Shown: piece by piece, positions 21,168 to 30,347 of the stretch
Numbering within the stretch: position 1 is the stretch's first letter
Layout of the letters: each line of letters opens with the position of its first letter
DNA from: a bacterium
GTDB taxonomy: Bacteria; UBA8248
Reading direction: 5' to 3'
NCBI GenBank assembly: GCA_965202625.1
Contig: CBDBBI010000010.1
Span: 704,001 to 768,000, forward strand
DNA length: 64,000 bases
The notes under the pieces: model-generated
What the model saw: only the letters and a program-made list of their open reading frames with translations
Databases searched by the model: none
Told to the model about the DNA's origin: nothing
Program-made: the position numbers and the translations under genes

Positions 21168-21351
21168 ATAACAGATATGGGTTCGCCATATTTTCCCGAG
21201 CGGCAGAAAGTTGTCCGTCCGCTCTTCTCAGGTTTCATAGAGGCGGTTCGCCGTATCTTCCCAAAATGCCCCGCCTGTGCTTATAATCAGGCGAAGGTGT
21301 TAAAAGGCAAAGGCTTCATCGCATCCACGAGACCCCGACGGAGGGCAGGCT

Positions 21352-22113
21352 ATCCAATTTCGTGTGTTGGGCTGCTTCGGCGGGAAAGCGCCCGGATGTG
21401 ACCTGACGTCTTTTCTGCTCAACGAAGAGTTGTTGGTAGAGGGCGGATCCGCCGCTTCGAGCCTCAGCATCCAGGAGCAGGCCGGGCTGACCGGCGTGGT
21501 GATATCCCACGCGCATCTGGATCACGTCGGAGAGTTGCCCTACATCGCCGACAACATCTTCGGGCTTCGGGAGGATTCGCTGCAAATCATGGGCGCGCGT
21601 GAAGTCTTGAACGAGATGAGAAACTCCATCTTCAACAACGCCATCTGGCCGGATTTTTGCGCCATACGCCACAAAGACAAGCCGATACTCGACTTCGTCC
21701 CCATCCAGGAGAACGAGGCACACTCATGCGACGGAATCCAGATTACCGCGCATGCGGTGAACCATGCGACGACCACCTTCGGCTTTGTTTTTCAGGACAC
21801 CGAGAGAGCACTACTCTACACCAGCGACACCGGGCCCACGGAGGCCATCTGGCGAGGCGGCCTCAAGGCGCGCAACCTGCGCGCGATCATCACCGAGATC
21901 TCGTTTCCGAATAAGATGGAGGAACTCGCGCGCCTCACCAGACACATGACGCCCACCCTGCTTCAGGAGGAGATGCGCAAGATGCCGCCGGAAATCCCCG
22001 TCTACATCTATCATCTCAAGACGCAGTATTACGAGGAGACGAAGGGGGAAATCGAGGCGCTGAAAGAGCCGAGGATCCAGCTGCTCGAACAGGGAAAAAC
22101 ATATCACCTATAG
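21352..22113 (+). CDS. MBL-fold metallohydrolase, class II cyclic-nucleotide phosphodiesterase-like
   Basis: RVLGCFGG, ISHAHLDH, FNNAIWPDF, VNH, YTSDTGPT, EISFP, HMTP, YHLK. Start is either ATC at 21352 or GTG at 21364. Confidence 0.82.
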   Translation: MQFRVLGCFGGKAPGCDLTSFLLNEELLVEGGSAASSLSIQEQAGLTGVVISHAHLDHVGELPYIADNIFGLREDSLQIMGAREVLNEMRNSIFNNAIWPDFCAIRHKDKPILDFVPIQENEAHSCDGIQITAHAVNHATTTFGFVFQDTERALLYTSDTGPTEAIWRGGLKARNLRAIITEISFPNKMEELARLTRHMTPTLLQEEMRKMPPEIPVYIYHLKTQYYEETKGEIEALKEPRIQLLEQGKTYHL

Positions 22114-22268
22114 TGCGTTTGTGCTCAAGCGGGACGAGGCCGCTCCGCAGTGGGCGATGAGAAAGGGAGGCGGCCTGAAGAACGGAGATGGGGGCATCAG
22201 TTAGGCAACGCGGGCCTGAGCGTGAGGAAGCGCCGCCGAGGTCACTTGCCTTAAGAGGAGATATTTTC

Positions 22269-22514
22269 TTGCAAGACGTCGAGGCGCAAAGGAAGAACAG
22301 CCGCATTCTGACCGAGAGAATCAGCCGTATTCTGGCCGGAGATATCGCGGGCGTCGATGCGGACATTCGCTACACCTATCAGGACGGGGGCTTTCGGCTT
22401 TGGTGGGGGGAACGAGGAGACCCGGACACTACGGCCCACATTACCTTCGAACAAATCGCCGCGCTGAACAACGAGGAGTTGCGCCAAGTCATCCGCTCAT
22501 CCGTCATCGGCTAG
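22269..22514 (+). CDS. Small hypothetical protein
   Basis: AGAGGAG RBS before TTG at 22269, genome-typical codon usage, no recognised motif. Confidence 0.55.
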   Translation: MQDVEAQRKNSRILTERISRILAGDIAGVDADIRYTYQDGGFRLWWGERGDPDTTAHITFEQIAALNNEELRQVIRSSVIG

Positions 22515-22760
22515 GAGCGTATTCCGACCCCGAGGGGCGTCCATACGTTTTTCAGACCCTAGGCGTCGTCCGCCTTCCGGTCGCGTTTCTCTCCGCCAAA
22601 GCACCCATCTCCGCAGACGAATCCTATTCCGATCAGGAAAGTGTGCAAACGCCTGAAAGCATGGAGGGGAGGGAGGAGTTGAAAATCCATTATTTTTCAA
22701 ATTTTTAGAGGTGAAATTGAAAGTAAAAAATAAAATATCACGCGCGCGGATCGGTTTTGG

Positions 22761-22788
22761 TTCCGTGTGAAGGCGGCACGGAACGACG
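22761..22788 (-). repeat. REP-like palindromic repeat, copy B
   Basis: Reverse complement CGTCGTTCCGTGCCGCCTTCACACGGAA matches the copies at 29387 and 24789. Confidence 0.55.
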
Positions 22789-22833
22789 ATTCTGGGTTAC
22801 GGAATGGCGACGCCATTTGGTTTTTCTGAAAGG

Positions 22834-23718
22834 CTAGGCGATGTTGGCGAGCTCCTGGTAAATTCGAAATATCGAGCTTCCGTCCTCGTGCTGCCTGCCC
22901 TTGCTTCTCTGTGCCATGTAGAGATGCTCCAGCAAGCCTCCAAGCGGTACGGGGACGTCGAGGTCCTTGGCGGAGGCGATCGCGCATTCGAGGTCTTTCA
23001 AGACTATCCATATCGGGCCGGATTCCGGAAAATTGCCGGCTAGCATGTCCGCGCCCCGAACGTCGAGCACGTTGGAACCCGCCGCCCCGGAGCACAACGT
23101 TTCGAGCATGACCTCCTTGGGTATCCCCGCCTTCAGACCAAGCGTGAGCCCCTCGCTCGCCCCCGCCATGTTGATGAACAACACCAGATTCACCACGAGC
23201 TTGAGCTGGGCGGCGAGCCCGTTTTCCTCGCTCACGAAAACCGTCTTCTTGCCGATGGCGTCAAAGGCAGGCCGCGCCTTCTCGAAAGCAGCTCTCGGCC
23301 CAGCCGCCATTACCACGAGGTCCTTCACGGCGGCCTGTTTGCCAACGCCGCTCACCGGACAATCGAGCCAGTGGACGCCCCTCTCCCCCGCCTTCTTCGC
23401 CATGGCTTTGGAGAATTTCGGCGGAACCGTGCTCATATCGGCGATTACGCCTTCGGCGGACGTCCCCTCCAGAACCCCCTCCTCTCCCGTCACCGCCTCT
23501 TCCACGACCTTGTAGTTCGGCAACGACGTCATCACCAGATCGGCGCCGGCGGCGGCATCCGCCGGCGAGGAGGCGCGGCGCAGGTCCCTCCCCTCGAATT
23601 TCTCATACGCCGCATCGAGCGGGTCGTAGCCCGCCACTTCCATTCCGGCGTCCAACATGTGTCCTGCAAAGGCACCCCCCATCACGCCCAGACCCACCAC
23701 TCCCACTCTCATGCCCAC
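22834..23718 (-). CDS. NAD(P)-dependent oxidoreductase, 3-hydroxyisobutyrate dehydrogenase family
   Basis: GVVGLGVMG, DMSTV, LDCPVSG, catalytic KLVVN, KDL. Confidence 0.9.
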   Translation of the reverse strand: MGMRVGVVGLGVMGGAFAGHMLDAGMEVAGYDPLDAAYEKFEGRDLRRASSPADAAAGADLVMTSLPNYKVVEEAVTGEEGVLEGTSAEGVIADMSTVPPKFSKAMAKKAGERGVHWLDCPVSGVGKQAAVKDLVVMAAGPRAAFEKARPAFDAIGKKTVFVSEENGLAAQLKLVVNLVLFINMAGASEGLTLGLKAGIPKEVMLETLCSGAAGSNVLDVRGADMLAGNFPESGPIWIVLKDLECAIASAKDLDVPVPLGGLLEHLYMAQRSKGRQHEDGSSIFRIYQELANIA

Positions 23719-23802
23719 GGCTTATGCTCCTCCCCTGGTGCGGCGGCGGAGGATGAACCCGCCCGCCGGCATCGAAGATGAAAAATGCGCATTCGCGCAT
23801 CG

Positions 23803-24155
23803 TTAATGAATCACGTAGCCGCCATCCACTACGAGGTTGCGTCCCTGAAAGAAAGAGACGTCCTCTGGTCCCAAGAAACACGGCCTGAGCGATTTCCATC
23901 GGCACGTTCGCCATGCACTTGGGCACGCCCCTGCGATGTTTCGTAGGCGTGCTTAGATACTCCGTCGCCATCGGTCCCGGTTTGACGGCGTTCACCAAAT
24001 GTTCTCGCGCACGAGTTCGAGCCCCATGGAGCGTGCAAGTGGAATCCGCCTCGCCTTGGTCGTGCTGCAGAACGCGGGCGCGCGAGGGTCCTCTTGCCAT
24101 CAAAGAGACGCCAACAGAGTTTCTCCGCCGCAAGAGTTGGGCTATATTCATCCAC
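23803..24155 (-). pseudogene. Frameshifted C-terminal remnant of an SDR oxidoreductase
   Basis: Across frames: STTKA, ARSMGLEL-RENI, VNAVKPGPMAT, EIAQAV, SFFQGRNLVVDGGY-stop. Confidence 0.6.
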
Positions 24156-24196
24156 GAAGCGACGCCGCGCGACGCAGATCAAAGGAGAATCGCATC

Positions 24197-24769
24197 ATGC
24201 CCCGACCAAAGACGCCGTTTGAAGGGTTGCAGCACGTCGCCATCAAGGTTTCGGACATTGCAGAATCCCTCAGGTTCTACACCCGGATTCTCGGCTTCAT
24301 CCTCACGGAACGCCACGATCCGGGCGAGCACCCCACCCTGGACGTAGGGCTTTGCTTCCTGCGATGCGACGCGCTTCATCACGATTTGAACCTAGTATAT
24401 CACACGGGCGCGCAGCCCGCCCTCACGAGACTGAAAACGGACGACCAGGGCCCTGTCAAGGATCTGGGGTTGCATCATTTCGCGTTGCAGGTGAAAAACC
24501 GGGAAGAGTTCCGCGCCTGGAGAGAGTGGCTGGAGGAGTGCGGGGTCAAAATCGTTCGCGGTCCCCTCGTTCACAGCCCTACGCATCCGGAGGGGGACGG
24601 GACATGGGGCGAGAACCGGGCCATGTATTTTTGCGATCCCGATGGGCACCGAATCGAAATTTTTTGCGACCTGGCCAGAATGGACGAAGCCAACAGCATC
24701 GACAAACGATGGTATGAGAATCGCCTCCGCCAGGAGGGAATCAACTCCACCTCGCACCCGACCGAATAG
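24197..24769 (+). CDS. VOC/glyoxalase-family protein
   Basis: LQHVAIKV-D---SLRFY--ILGF, HHDL, GLHHFA, YFCDPDGHRIE; AAGGAG RBS. Confidence 0.87.
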   Translation: MPRPKTPFEGLQHVAIKVSDIAESLRFYTRILGFILTERHDPGEHPTLDVGLCFLRCDALHHDLNLVYHTGAQPALTRLKTDDQGPVKDLGLHHFALQVKNREEFRAWREWLEECGVKIVRGPLVHSPTHPEGDGTWGENRAMYFCDPDGHRIEIFCDLARMDEANSIDKRWYENRLRQEGINSTSHPTE

Positions 24770-24788
24770 CCGCATGATGCCCCTTCAG

Positions 24789-24838
24789 TTCCCTGTAGAG
24801 GCGTCCCGGAATCACGATCCTGGGTGTGCGGAATGACG
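24789..24838 (-). repeat. REP-like palindromic repeat, copy C plus a partial copy
   Basis: Reverse complement CGTGATTCCGGGACGCCTCTACAGGGAA at 24789-24816, and CGTCATTCCG at 24829-24838. Confidence 0.55.
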
Positions 24839-24948
24839 CGCTATGGACGCGCGGCTGCCCGGTACTGCGTTCCGCGTGAAGGCGCGACGGAGGCGCAGGG
24901 TGCTGAGCCACCACCCCCAAGGAGGCGCTCTTCCATGGACGAGACGAC

Positions 24949-26712
24949 GTGAGCTGGAAAAATTTTCGTATTCGGCTTCTCCGCTGGCTGCTTCATTTCA
25001 ATTTCTCCGACAACGGCATCTTCTACCTCACCACCATCATCGTAGGAGCGTTTACCGGACTCGTCGCCGTCTTCTTCCACCTCGCCCTGGGCTGGACGCA
25101 TTTCCTCCTCTTCGGCTCCCACGACCTTTCTGCGATTCATCGCGCTTGGTACTGGGTGGCACTGATACCCGCAGGGGGCGCTTTCGTTTCCGCCCTGTTT
25201 CTCCAATACGTCGCGCCCGAGGCGCGGGGCAGCGGCATCCCGCAGACGAAAATCGCCTACGTCGCCCGGAACGGCCACATCGAGAAGCGCGTATGGATGG
25301 GCAAGTTCCTCGTCGGACTTCTCAACATCGGCTCAGGCTCCAGCCTGGGGCGCGAAGGCCCCACCGTGCAAATTTGCTCGGGCGCGGCGAGCTGGATCGG
25401 CGAAACGTTCTCGCTATCAAGAAGACGCGTGCAGGCACTCGTTCCGGTAGGGTGCGCCGCCGCCCTGGCCGCCGCGTTCAACACGCCGATCGCCGCCGTC
25501 TCCTTCACGCTTGAGGAACTCGTGGGCGACCTCAACGCGCGGGTTCTAGGCTCCATCGTTTTCGCCGCCGTCTCCGCCTCCGTCGTCGCGCGCGCCATTC
25601 TCGGCAACAAGCCCGTGTTCTCCGTGCCGGCCTACTCGCTGGGCAACCCTCTGGAGCTGCTCCTCTACGCCCTGGTGGGCGTGGTCTGCGCGCTCATCGG
25701 CGTGGCGTTCGTCAAGGGTTTGCTGCTCATACGCGGGCGATGGAAGCGCCTGGGAGGATTGAGGGGGGTTCTCGCCACCGGACTGGGCGGTCTGGTCGTC
25801 GGCGTCATCGGCATCTGGTTTCCCGAGGTGTTCGCCGTGGGCTACCCCGCCGTGAGCAACGCGCTCACGCACAGCTACTCCCTGCCCTTTCTCTTGGCTC
25901 TGCTCGCACTCAAGCTCATCGCCACCATGGTGTCCTACGGCACCGGCTCCTCAGGCGGCATCTTCGCCCCCACCCTGTTTCTGGGCGCCATGGCCGGAGG
26001 CGCCGTGGCGTCCCTCGCCGAGCTCGTGCTCCCCGGCTTCGTCGCCCACCCGGGCGGATACGCGCTCGTGGGCATGGGCGCGGCTTTCGCCGCCATCATC
26101 CGCGCGCCCATGACGTCGGTTCTCATCATCTTCGAGCTCACGCAGGACTACAACATCATTCTCGCGCTCATGGCGGCCAACGCCATATCCTTGGGTCTGG
26201 CGCGATACTGGCATCCGGAGCCGATATACAGCGCCCTCTCCTCCCAAGACGGAGTCGGACTTCCTGATTACGAGACAGAACACCTCCTGCACGAGATTCA
26301 CGTGTCAGACGCCATGATCAGGAACGTCGTCACCCTGCCCGAGGACATCACTATAGGGGAGGCGATAGAGAGAACGAAAGAGAGCGACATCTCCGGATTT
26401 CCCGTCCTGGACGCGCGAGGGAAGCTCTGCGGCATGGCGAGCAGATATGACTTCAGCCAGGCGGAAGCCGCCGGCGCCCTGCCAAAAAACATCAGCGAAA
26501 TTTCTCGAAAAAAATACGTCATGCACGCGCATCCGGATCAGTCGCTCGATTCGGTGATGGCCAAGCTAGGCGACAGGCGCATCTCGCGCCTGCCCGTGGT
26601 GAGCCGGGAGGATCCGACCGCGCTGCTGGGAATCATCACGGCCGAGGACGTGATTTACGCTTTCGGCAAAGTGTGGAATGATCGAGCGTTACATCATCGC
26701 GATCCCGTCTAG
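24949..26712 (+). CDS. ClC-family H+/Cl- antiporter with C-terminal CBS pair
   Basis: GSGIP, GREGP (gating Glu), FTLEE (proton Glu), GGIFAP, IY, followed by two CBS domains. Confidence 0.92.
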   Translation: MSWKNFRIRLLRWLLHFNFSDNGIFYLTTIIVGAFTGLVAVFFHLALGWTHFLLFGSHDLSAIHRAWYWVALIPAGGAFVSALFLQYVAPEARGSGIPQTKIAYVARNGHIEKRVWMGKFLVGLLNIGSGSSLGREGPTVQICSGAASWIGETFSLSRRRVQALVPVGCAAALAAAFNTPIAAVSFTLEELVGDLNARVLGSIVFAAVSASVVARAILGNKPVFSVPAYSLGNPLELLLYALVGVVCALIGVAFVKGLLLIRGRWKRLGGLRGVLATGLGGLVVGVIGIWFPEVFAVGYPAVSNALTHSYSLPFLLALLALKLIATMVSYGTGSSGGIFAPTLFLGAMAGGAVASLAELVLPGFVAHPGGYALVGMGAAFAAIIRAPMTSVLIIFELTQDYNIILALMAANAISLGLARYWHPEPIYSALSSQDGVGLPDYETEHLLHEIHVSDAMIRNVVTLPEDITIGEAIERTKESDISGFPVLDARGKLCGMASRYDFSQAEAAGALPKNISEISRKKYVMHAHPDQSLDSVMAKLGDRRISRLPVVSREDPTALLGIITAEDVIYAFGKVWNDRALHHRDPV

Positions 26713-26955
26713 ACGACGCCCCCGCGAATGCGTTTCGGTGGGTGGGATGGGTGACGCGGATCGCGCTTCATGGGCTTGGAAAATCACAGGGAGCACGTCG
26801 CCCCGCCGTCATTTTCGGCTTAAGGGCGCAAGTCCCGTTCGTCAGGAAGCCCCGAAAAAGTAGCGGGCCGCGTTGGCGGAGCTCGCCTATGCGATGCGGA
26901 CGGTCGCCATTTCGGGCAAGTGGAAATCCGGAATCCAGAAATCGGCAACGCGACG

Positions 26956-27624
26956 ATGAACGCGCGAAATCCAGCCACCTTGCTGCCGAGCGGCCAGCCT
27001 TTTTGGCTCAAGAAGATCGTTCAGGCCGTTTTGGTGCTCTCCTACGGCGGAGTGGACGTCCATGGCATGGACAACGTTCCGGACGATGGTCCGTTGCTCG
27101 TCGCCTCCAATCATCGAAGCTACCTCGACCCCGTGATTCTCGGCGCTTTCCTGCCGAGGCGGGTGTATCACATGGGCAAGCAGGAGATTTTTCGCAATCC
27201 TCTGTGCGCCAGGTTCCTCACTTTTTTCGGCGGCTTTCCCGTGAACAGGGAAAGCCCGCGCCCCAGCACCTTCAGAACGGCCCTCAGACTTCTGGACATG
27301 AACGCAGCGGTCGTAATTTTTCCGGAGGGCGGCATCGTGAATTCCATGCTCGAGACGGGGATGAAAGAAGGCGTCGCCGCTCTTGCCGCCATAAGCCGCG
27401 CCCCCGTTCTTCCGGTCTATATCGGGGGTTCCGACTCCCTGGTTCGCCTGGGGGGAATTCTCTATCCATGGCTCGCCATTTGGGTGGGCGAGGTTATCCG
27501 GCCGGTAGCGGAGAAAGACGGCGGAAAAAGGGAAAATCGCAAGGATCTGTCCAAAAGAATCGCGCAGGCGTTCTCTCGACTGGAGGCGGATTTTCTGGCT
27601 GCGCAAAAGAGAAAAAAATTGTGA
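26956..27624 (+). CDS. plsC: 1-acyl-sn-glycerol-3-phosphate acyltransferase (PlsC-like)
   Basis: NHRSYLD (HX4D), GGFPVNR, IFPEG, PVLPV; start uncertain. Confidence 0.85.
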   Translation: MNARNPATLLPSGQPFWLKKIVQAVLVLSYGGVDVHGMDNVPDDGPLLVASNHRSYLDPVILGAFLPRRVYHMGKQEIFRNPLCARFLTFFGGFPVNRESPRPSTFRTALRLLDMNAAVVIFPEGGIVNSMLETGMKEGVAALAAISRAPVLPVYIGGSDSLVRLGGILYPWLAIWVGEVIRPVAEKDGGKRENRKDLSKRIAQAFSRLEADFLAAQKRKKL

Positions 27625-27769
27625 ACGGGCGGGGACGCCTCTGAAATTTCGCAACCTGTGGGCCCATTAGACGCGCAGCGGGAAGGAGTGTGCAGGCCGT
27701 CATTCCCGCGAAAGCTGAAACCTAGGGCGGAGGCGAAGGATGCGCGCGCGGCCCGGCTCCCGTGTAAAG

Positions 27770-27809
27770 ATCTTTGGGGGGCAGACCTGCCGATCCGCCC
27801 CCCAAAGAT
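27770..27809 (-). terminator. Strong hairpin, probable intrinsic terminator between convergent plsC and porin genes
   Basis: Minus strand ATCTTTGGGGGGCGGATC-GGCA-GGTCTGCCCCCCAAAGAT, an 18-bp stem including two G-U pairs with a GNRA loop, about 27 nt after the porin stop. Confidence 0.7.
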
Positions 27810-27836
27810 AAAACCCTTCAAACGAAACCCGGATGC

Positions 27837-29219
27837 TTAGAAACTATACTGAAGTCCGAGCTGAAGGCGCGTGGCATCTCCGTCCTGATCGTCGTTCGTA
27901 TCGCGCGAACCTCTGATGAACTCGATGCCGGCCCGCACTTTCGGCGCCGGATCCCACCACAAGTTGGCGTGAAGCGTCCGAAGACTCTCGCTGTGCTCGC
28001 CCGCGAACGTCTCTTTAGCGCTATCGTCGAAATCGTTTTCCACCCAGCCGTAATACACGTTGGAAGTCAGGGTGTCGGTCCAGCGGTGTCTGATGCCAAA
28101 GAATCCGCCCATGGAATCCACCGCATCCAGATTGCCATGGATATCCCGCGTGGCGGCGATGCCCGCGCCTTGCATGTAGAACCCCATGGCGCCCTTGCCC
28201 GCATTGAACGTCGCCATCAGCTGGGTGCCGCTCAGCACGTTGACGTGCGCGCCCACGTGAACACCATAGGTGGTCAGGTCATCATCGTTGTCCTCGTCGC
28301 GAATCTGGCCCACCACGCCGGCCAGGTTGACGGCGCCCCAGGACGGCCGCCAGCGCAAAGCCCCCAGAAGGTTCGGCAATCGATCCTGAGAACCGGTTAC
28401 ACCTGGAGAGAATGTGTCTAATTCTTCATCGTCTGATGTACCCAACACTTCATCGTTTCCTGGTGCTATGTCTCTTACTCCGTGCAGGATACGCGGGCTG
28501 GAGGGATCGTCAAGCGCGACCTGTGCGGTGAGGCCCTGCCCCATCGACCAGGTGTAGCGCAGCTGCGGCTGGCGCGCGAAAATCATGCCCACCGGTCCGT
28601 AAAAGTCCACCGTGTCGGCGTAGGTATCTTCATCCTGGAGAATCGTCCAGGCCTGGCCCGCCAGGACCGGTCCGAGGGTGGCGTAGGCGTGACGCATGCG
28701 CAAGCCGGCGGAGTTGTCTCTGCCGCTGCCGAAGAAATCCGTTTCAATGCGCGTTTTCAATGTGCCTATTGGCGTCGGCGTCAGGCTGTCGAAGCGGAGG
28801 CGCGTTTGTCTGGCGTGCATGGAGAAGCTGCGCACATCCTCGGTGCCATCCAGCGGAATGCCACTCGGGTTGCCGCCGACAAAAAAGTCAGGGCCAGCGT
28901 CGTAATCTAGATCGTAGATGGCGTCGAGTTTGACGTACCCGCTGAAGGAGACGGACGTGTTGCTGCCCGGCATCTTCCAGGAGCCGGGAAAATCACCCGT
29001 AGCCACAGCTTTTTCGTTCGCAATTTTACTCTCCAGGGCCCTCATCTTTTGTTGCCGATTTTCTATATCCTGGAGACGCTCCTGAAGGGCTTTTATCTGC
29101 GCCTTCAGGTCGTCCAACTCCGTCCCAGCCGCCGGCGCGGCGAACAGCGCGAACGCCATTCCCAATGGCAGGAGCACATGGCCTATGCGCCTTGCCCCTC
29201 TCCACATCCTCTCCCTCAT
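27837..29219 (-). CDS. DcaP-like outer-membrane porin
   Basis: Signal peptide, coiled coil, FPGSW-MPG-NT----SGYVKLD, HARQTRL, RMRHAY, LAGQAW, RQPQLRY, C-terminal YSF. Confidence 0.85.
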   Translation of the reverse strand: MRERMWRGARRIGHVLLPLGMAFALFAAPAAGTELDDLKAQIKALQERLQDIENRQQKMRALESKIANEKAVATGDFPGSWKMPGSNTSVSFSGYVKLDAIYDLDYDAGPDFFVGGNPSGIPLDGTEDVRSFSMHARQTRLRFDSLTPTPIGTLKTRIETDFFGSGRDNSAGLRMRHAYATLGPVLAGQAWTILQDEDTYADTVDFYGPVGMIFARQPQLRYTWSMGQGLTAQVALDDPSSPRILHGVRDIAPGNDEVLGTSDDEELDTFSPGVTGSQDRLPNLLGALRWRPSWGAVNLAGVVGQIRDEDNDDDLTTYGVHVGAHVNVLSGTQLMATFNAGKGAMGFYMQGAGIAATRDIHGNLDAVDSMGGFFGIRHRWTDTLTSNVYYGWVENDFDDSAKETFAGEHSESLRTLHANLWWDPAPKVRAGIEFIRGSRDTNDDQDGDATRLQLGLQYSF

Positions 29220-29298
29220 ATCTTTCTCCCTCCTCCGTTAAAAAAAAAACCAAAAGCTCCACAGCCGGGAGCATAGAAGCATGGTGAGTAAAGCGCAC

Positions 29299-29328
29299 AT
29301 TTTAACACAGGACGCGCATTTCTGTAAA
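29299..29328 (-). promoter_or_regulatory. Candidate sigma70 promoter for the porin gene
   Basis: Minus strand TTTACA-18 nt-TAAAAT with TG extended -10. Confidence 0.4.
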
Positions 29329-29386
29329 GTTTCCTCACGATGTATTCCATCCATTTATTCTGCGAGACTCTGTAACACCCCAATCT

Positions 29387-29414
29387 CGTCATTCCGTGAT
29401 GCCTCTACACGGAA
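29387..29414 (+). repeat. REP-like palindromic repeat, copy A
   Basis: CGTCATTCCGTGATGCCTCTACACGGAA with a TTCCGTG/CACGGAA stem. Confidence 0.55.
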
Positions 29415-29462
29415 GCCAGGGAGCATCCTCTCGTCCTTCCGCAACGCCAAAGCGCGGAGAGA

Positions 29463-30335
29463 TCAGGACGCGCCCAGCGCCTTCAGAATGGTGCGCCGGA
29501 CGAGGACGGGCGTCACCTGCCTCCTGTAGTCGCCGCTCGCGCGAATGTCGCTCAAGGGCTCCAGATCGTCCAGCGCGCCGGCGAGCGCGGCGTCGATATT
29601 CTCCCCGTTGAGTTCCTTTCCCCTGAGTCCTTCCTCCGCCGTCCGCAGACGCCTGAAAACCGCCTCCACTCCGCCCAGGCCGATTCGCACCTCCCTCGCC
29701 GTCCTGCCATCCTCCTCGGCAAGCACCGCGGCGGAGATAGACGCACAGGGCTTGTCTTCCTTCGATCTCGTGGTGAAGCGCGTGCAGGCCGTCCGGAATC
29801 CAGCGGGCAGCGGATCCACCTCGATCGCGCACAACAACTCATCCTCCGCCAGGGCACACTCGTAATACCCCGTCCAGAATTGCGACGCAGGAATCGTCCG
29901 CTCCGTCCCGTCCGCCTTGCGCGCCCGCATTCGGGCGTCGAGGACGAGAAACGCGGCGGGCGGGTCAGAAGCCGGTTCGGCGAAACAGAGGTTTCCGCCC
30001 ACCGTGCCCTGGTTTCGAATGCGAACCGTCGCCACGTTGTGAAAGATTTCGGCGAGGAGAGGGAAACGCTCCCGCACAAGGGAGGAGGTCTCGAGCCTGC
30101 GATGCACCACGCGCGCGCCGATTCGGATTCCGCCGTTCGCCGTCTCCTCGATAAAATCCAAATCTTCCGCCCCCGCGATATCTATCAACACCTCGGGCGC
30201 ATACACCCGCGATTTCATGAGAATCGAGAGCGCCACGCCGCCGGCGAACACTTTCGCGTCGTCGCCATGCTCCTTCATCGCGGCGAGCGTCTCCTCCACG
30301 CTGTTCGCTGACAGATGCCGAAATGCCATTTTCAT
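29463..30335 (-). CDS. Xanthine dehydrogenase-family FAD-binding (medium) subunit
   Basis: AKVFAGGVAL, IRIGA, RIRNQGTVGGNLC-A-PASD, DIRASGDYRR. No Cys-rich 4Fe-4S insert. Confidence 0.9.
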   Translation of the reverse strand: MKMAFRHLSANSVEETLAAMKEHGDDAKVFAGGVALSILMKSRVYAPEVLIDIAGAEDLDFIEETANGGIRIGARVVHRRLETSSLVRERFPLLAEIFHNVATVRIRNQGTVGGNLCFAEPASDPPAAFLVLDARMRARKADGTERTIPASQFWTGYYECALAEDELLCAIEVDPLPAGFRTACTRFTTRSKEDKPCASISAAVLAEEDGRTAREVRIGLGGVEAVFRRLRTAEEGLRGKELNGENIDAALAGALDDLEPLSDIRASGDYRRQVTPVLVRRTILKALGAS

Positions 30336-30347
30336 CCCCCCTCTTCT

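Noticed and set aside
22761-29414. CRISPR array from the 28-nt repeats
   Set aside because: Copies are kilobases apart, on both strands and degenerate, with no spacer periodicity or cas genes.
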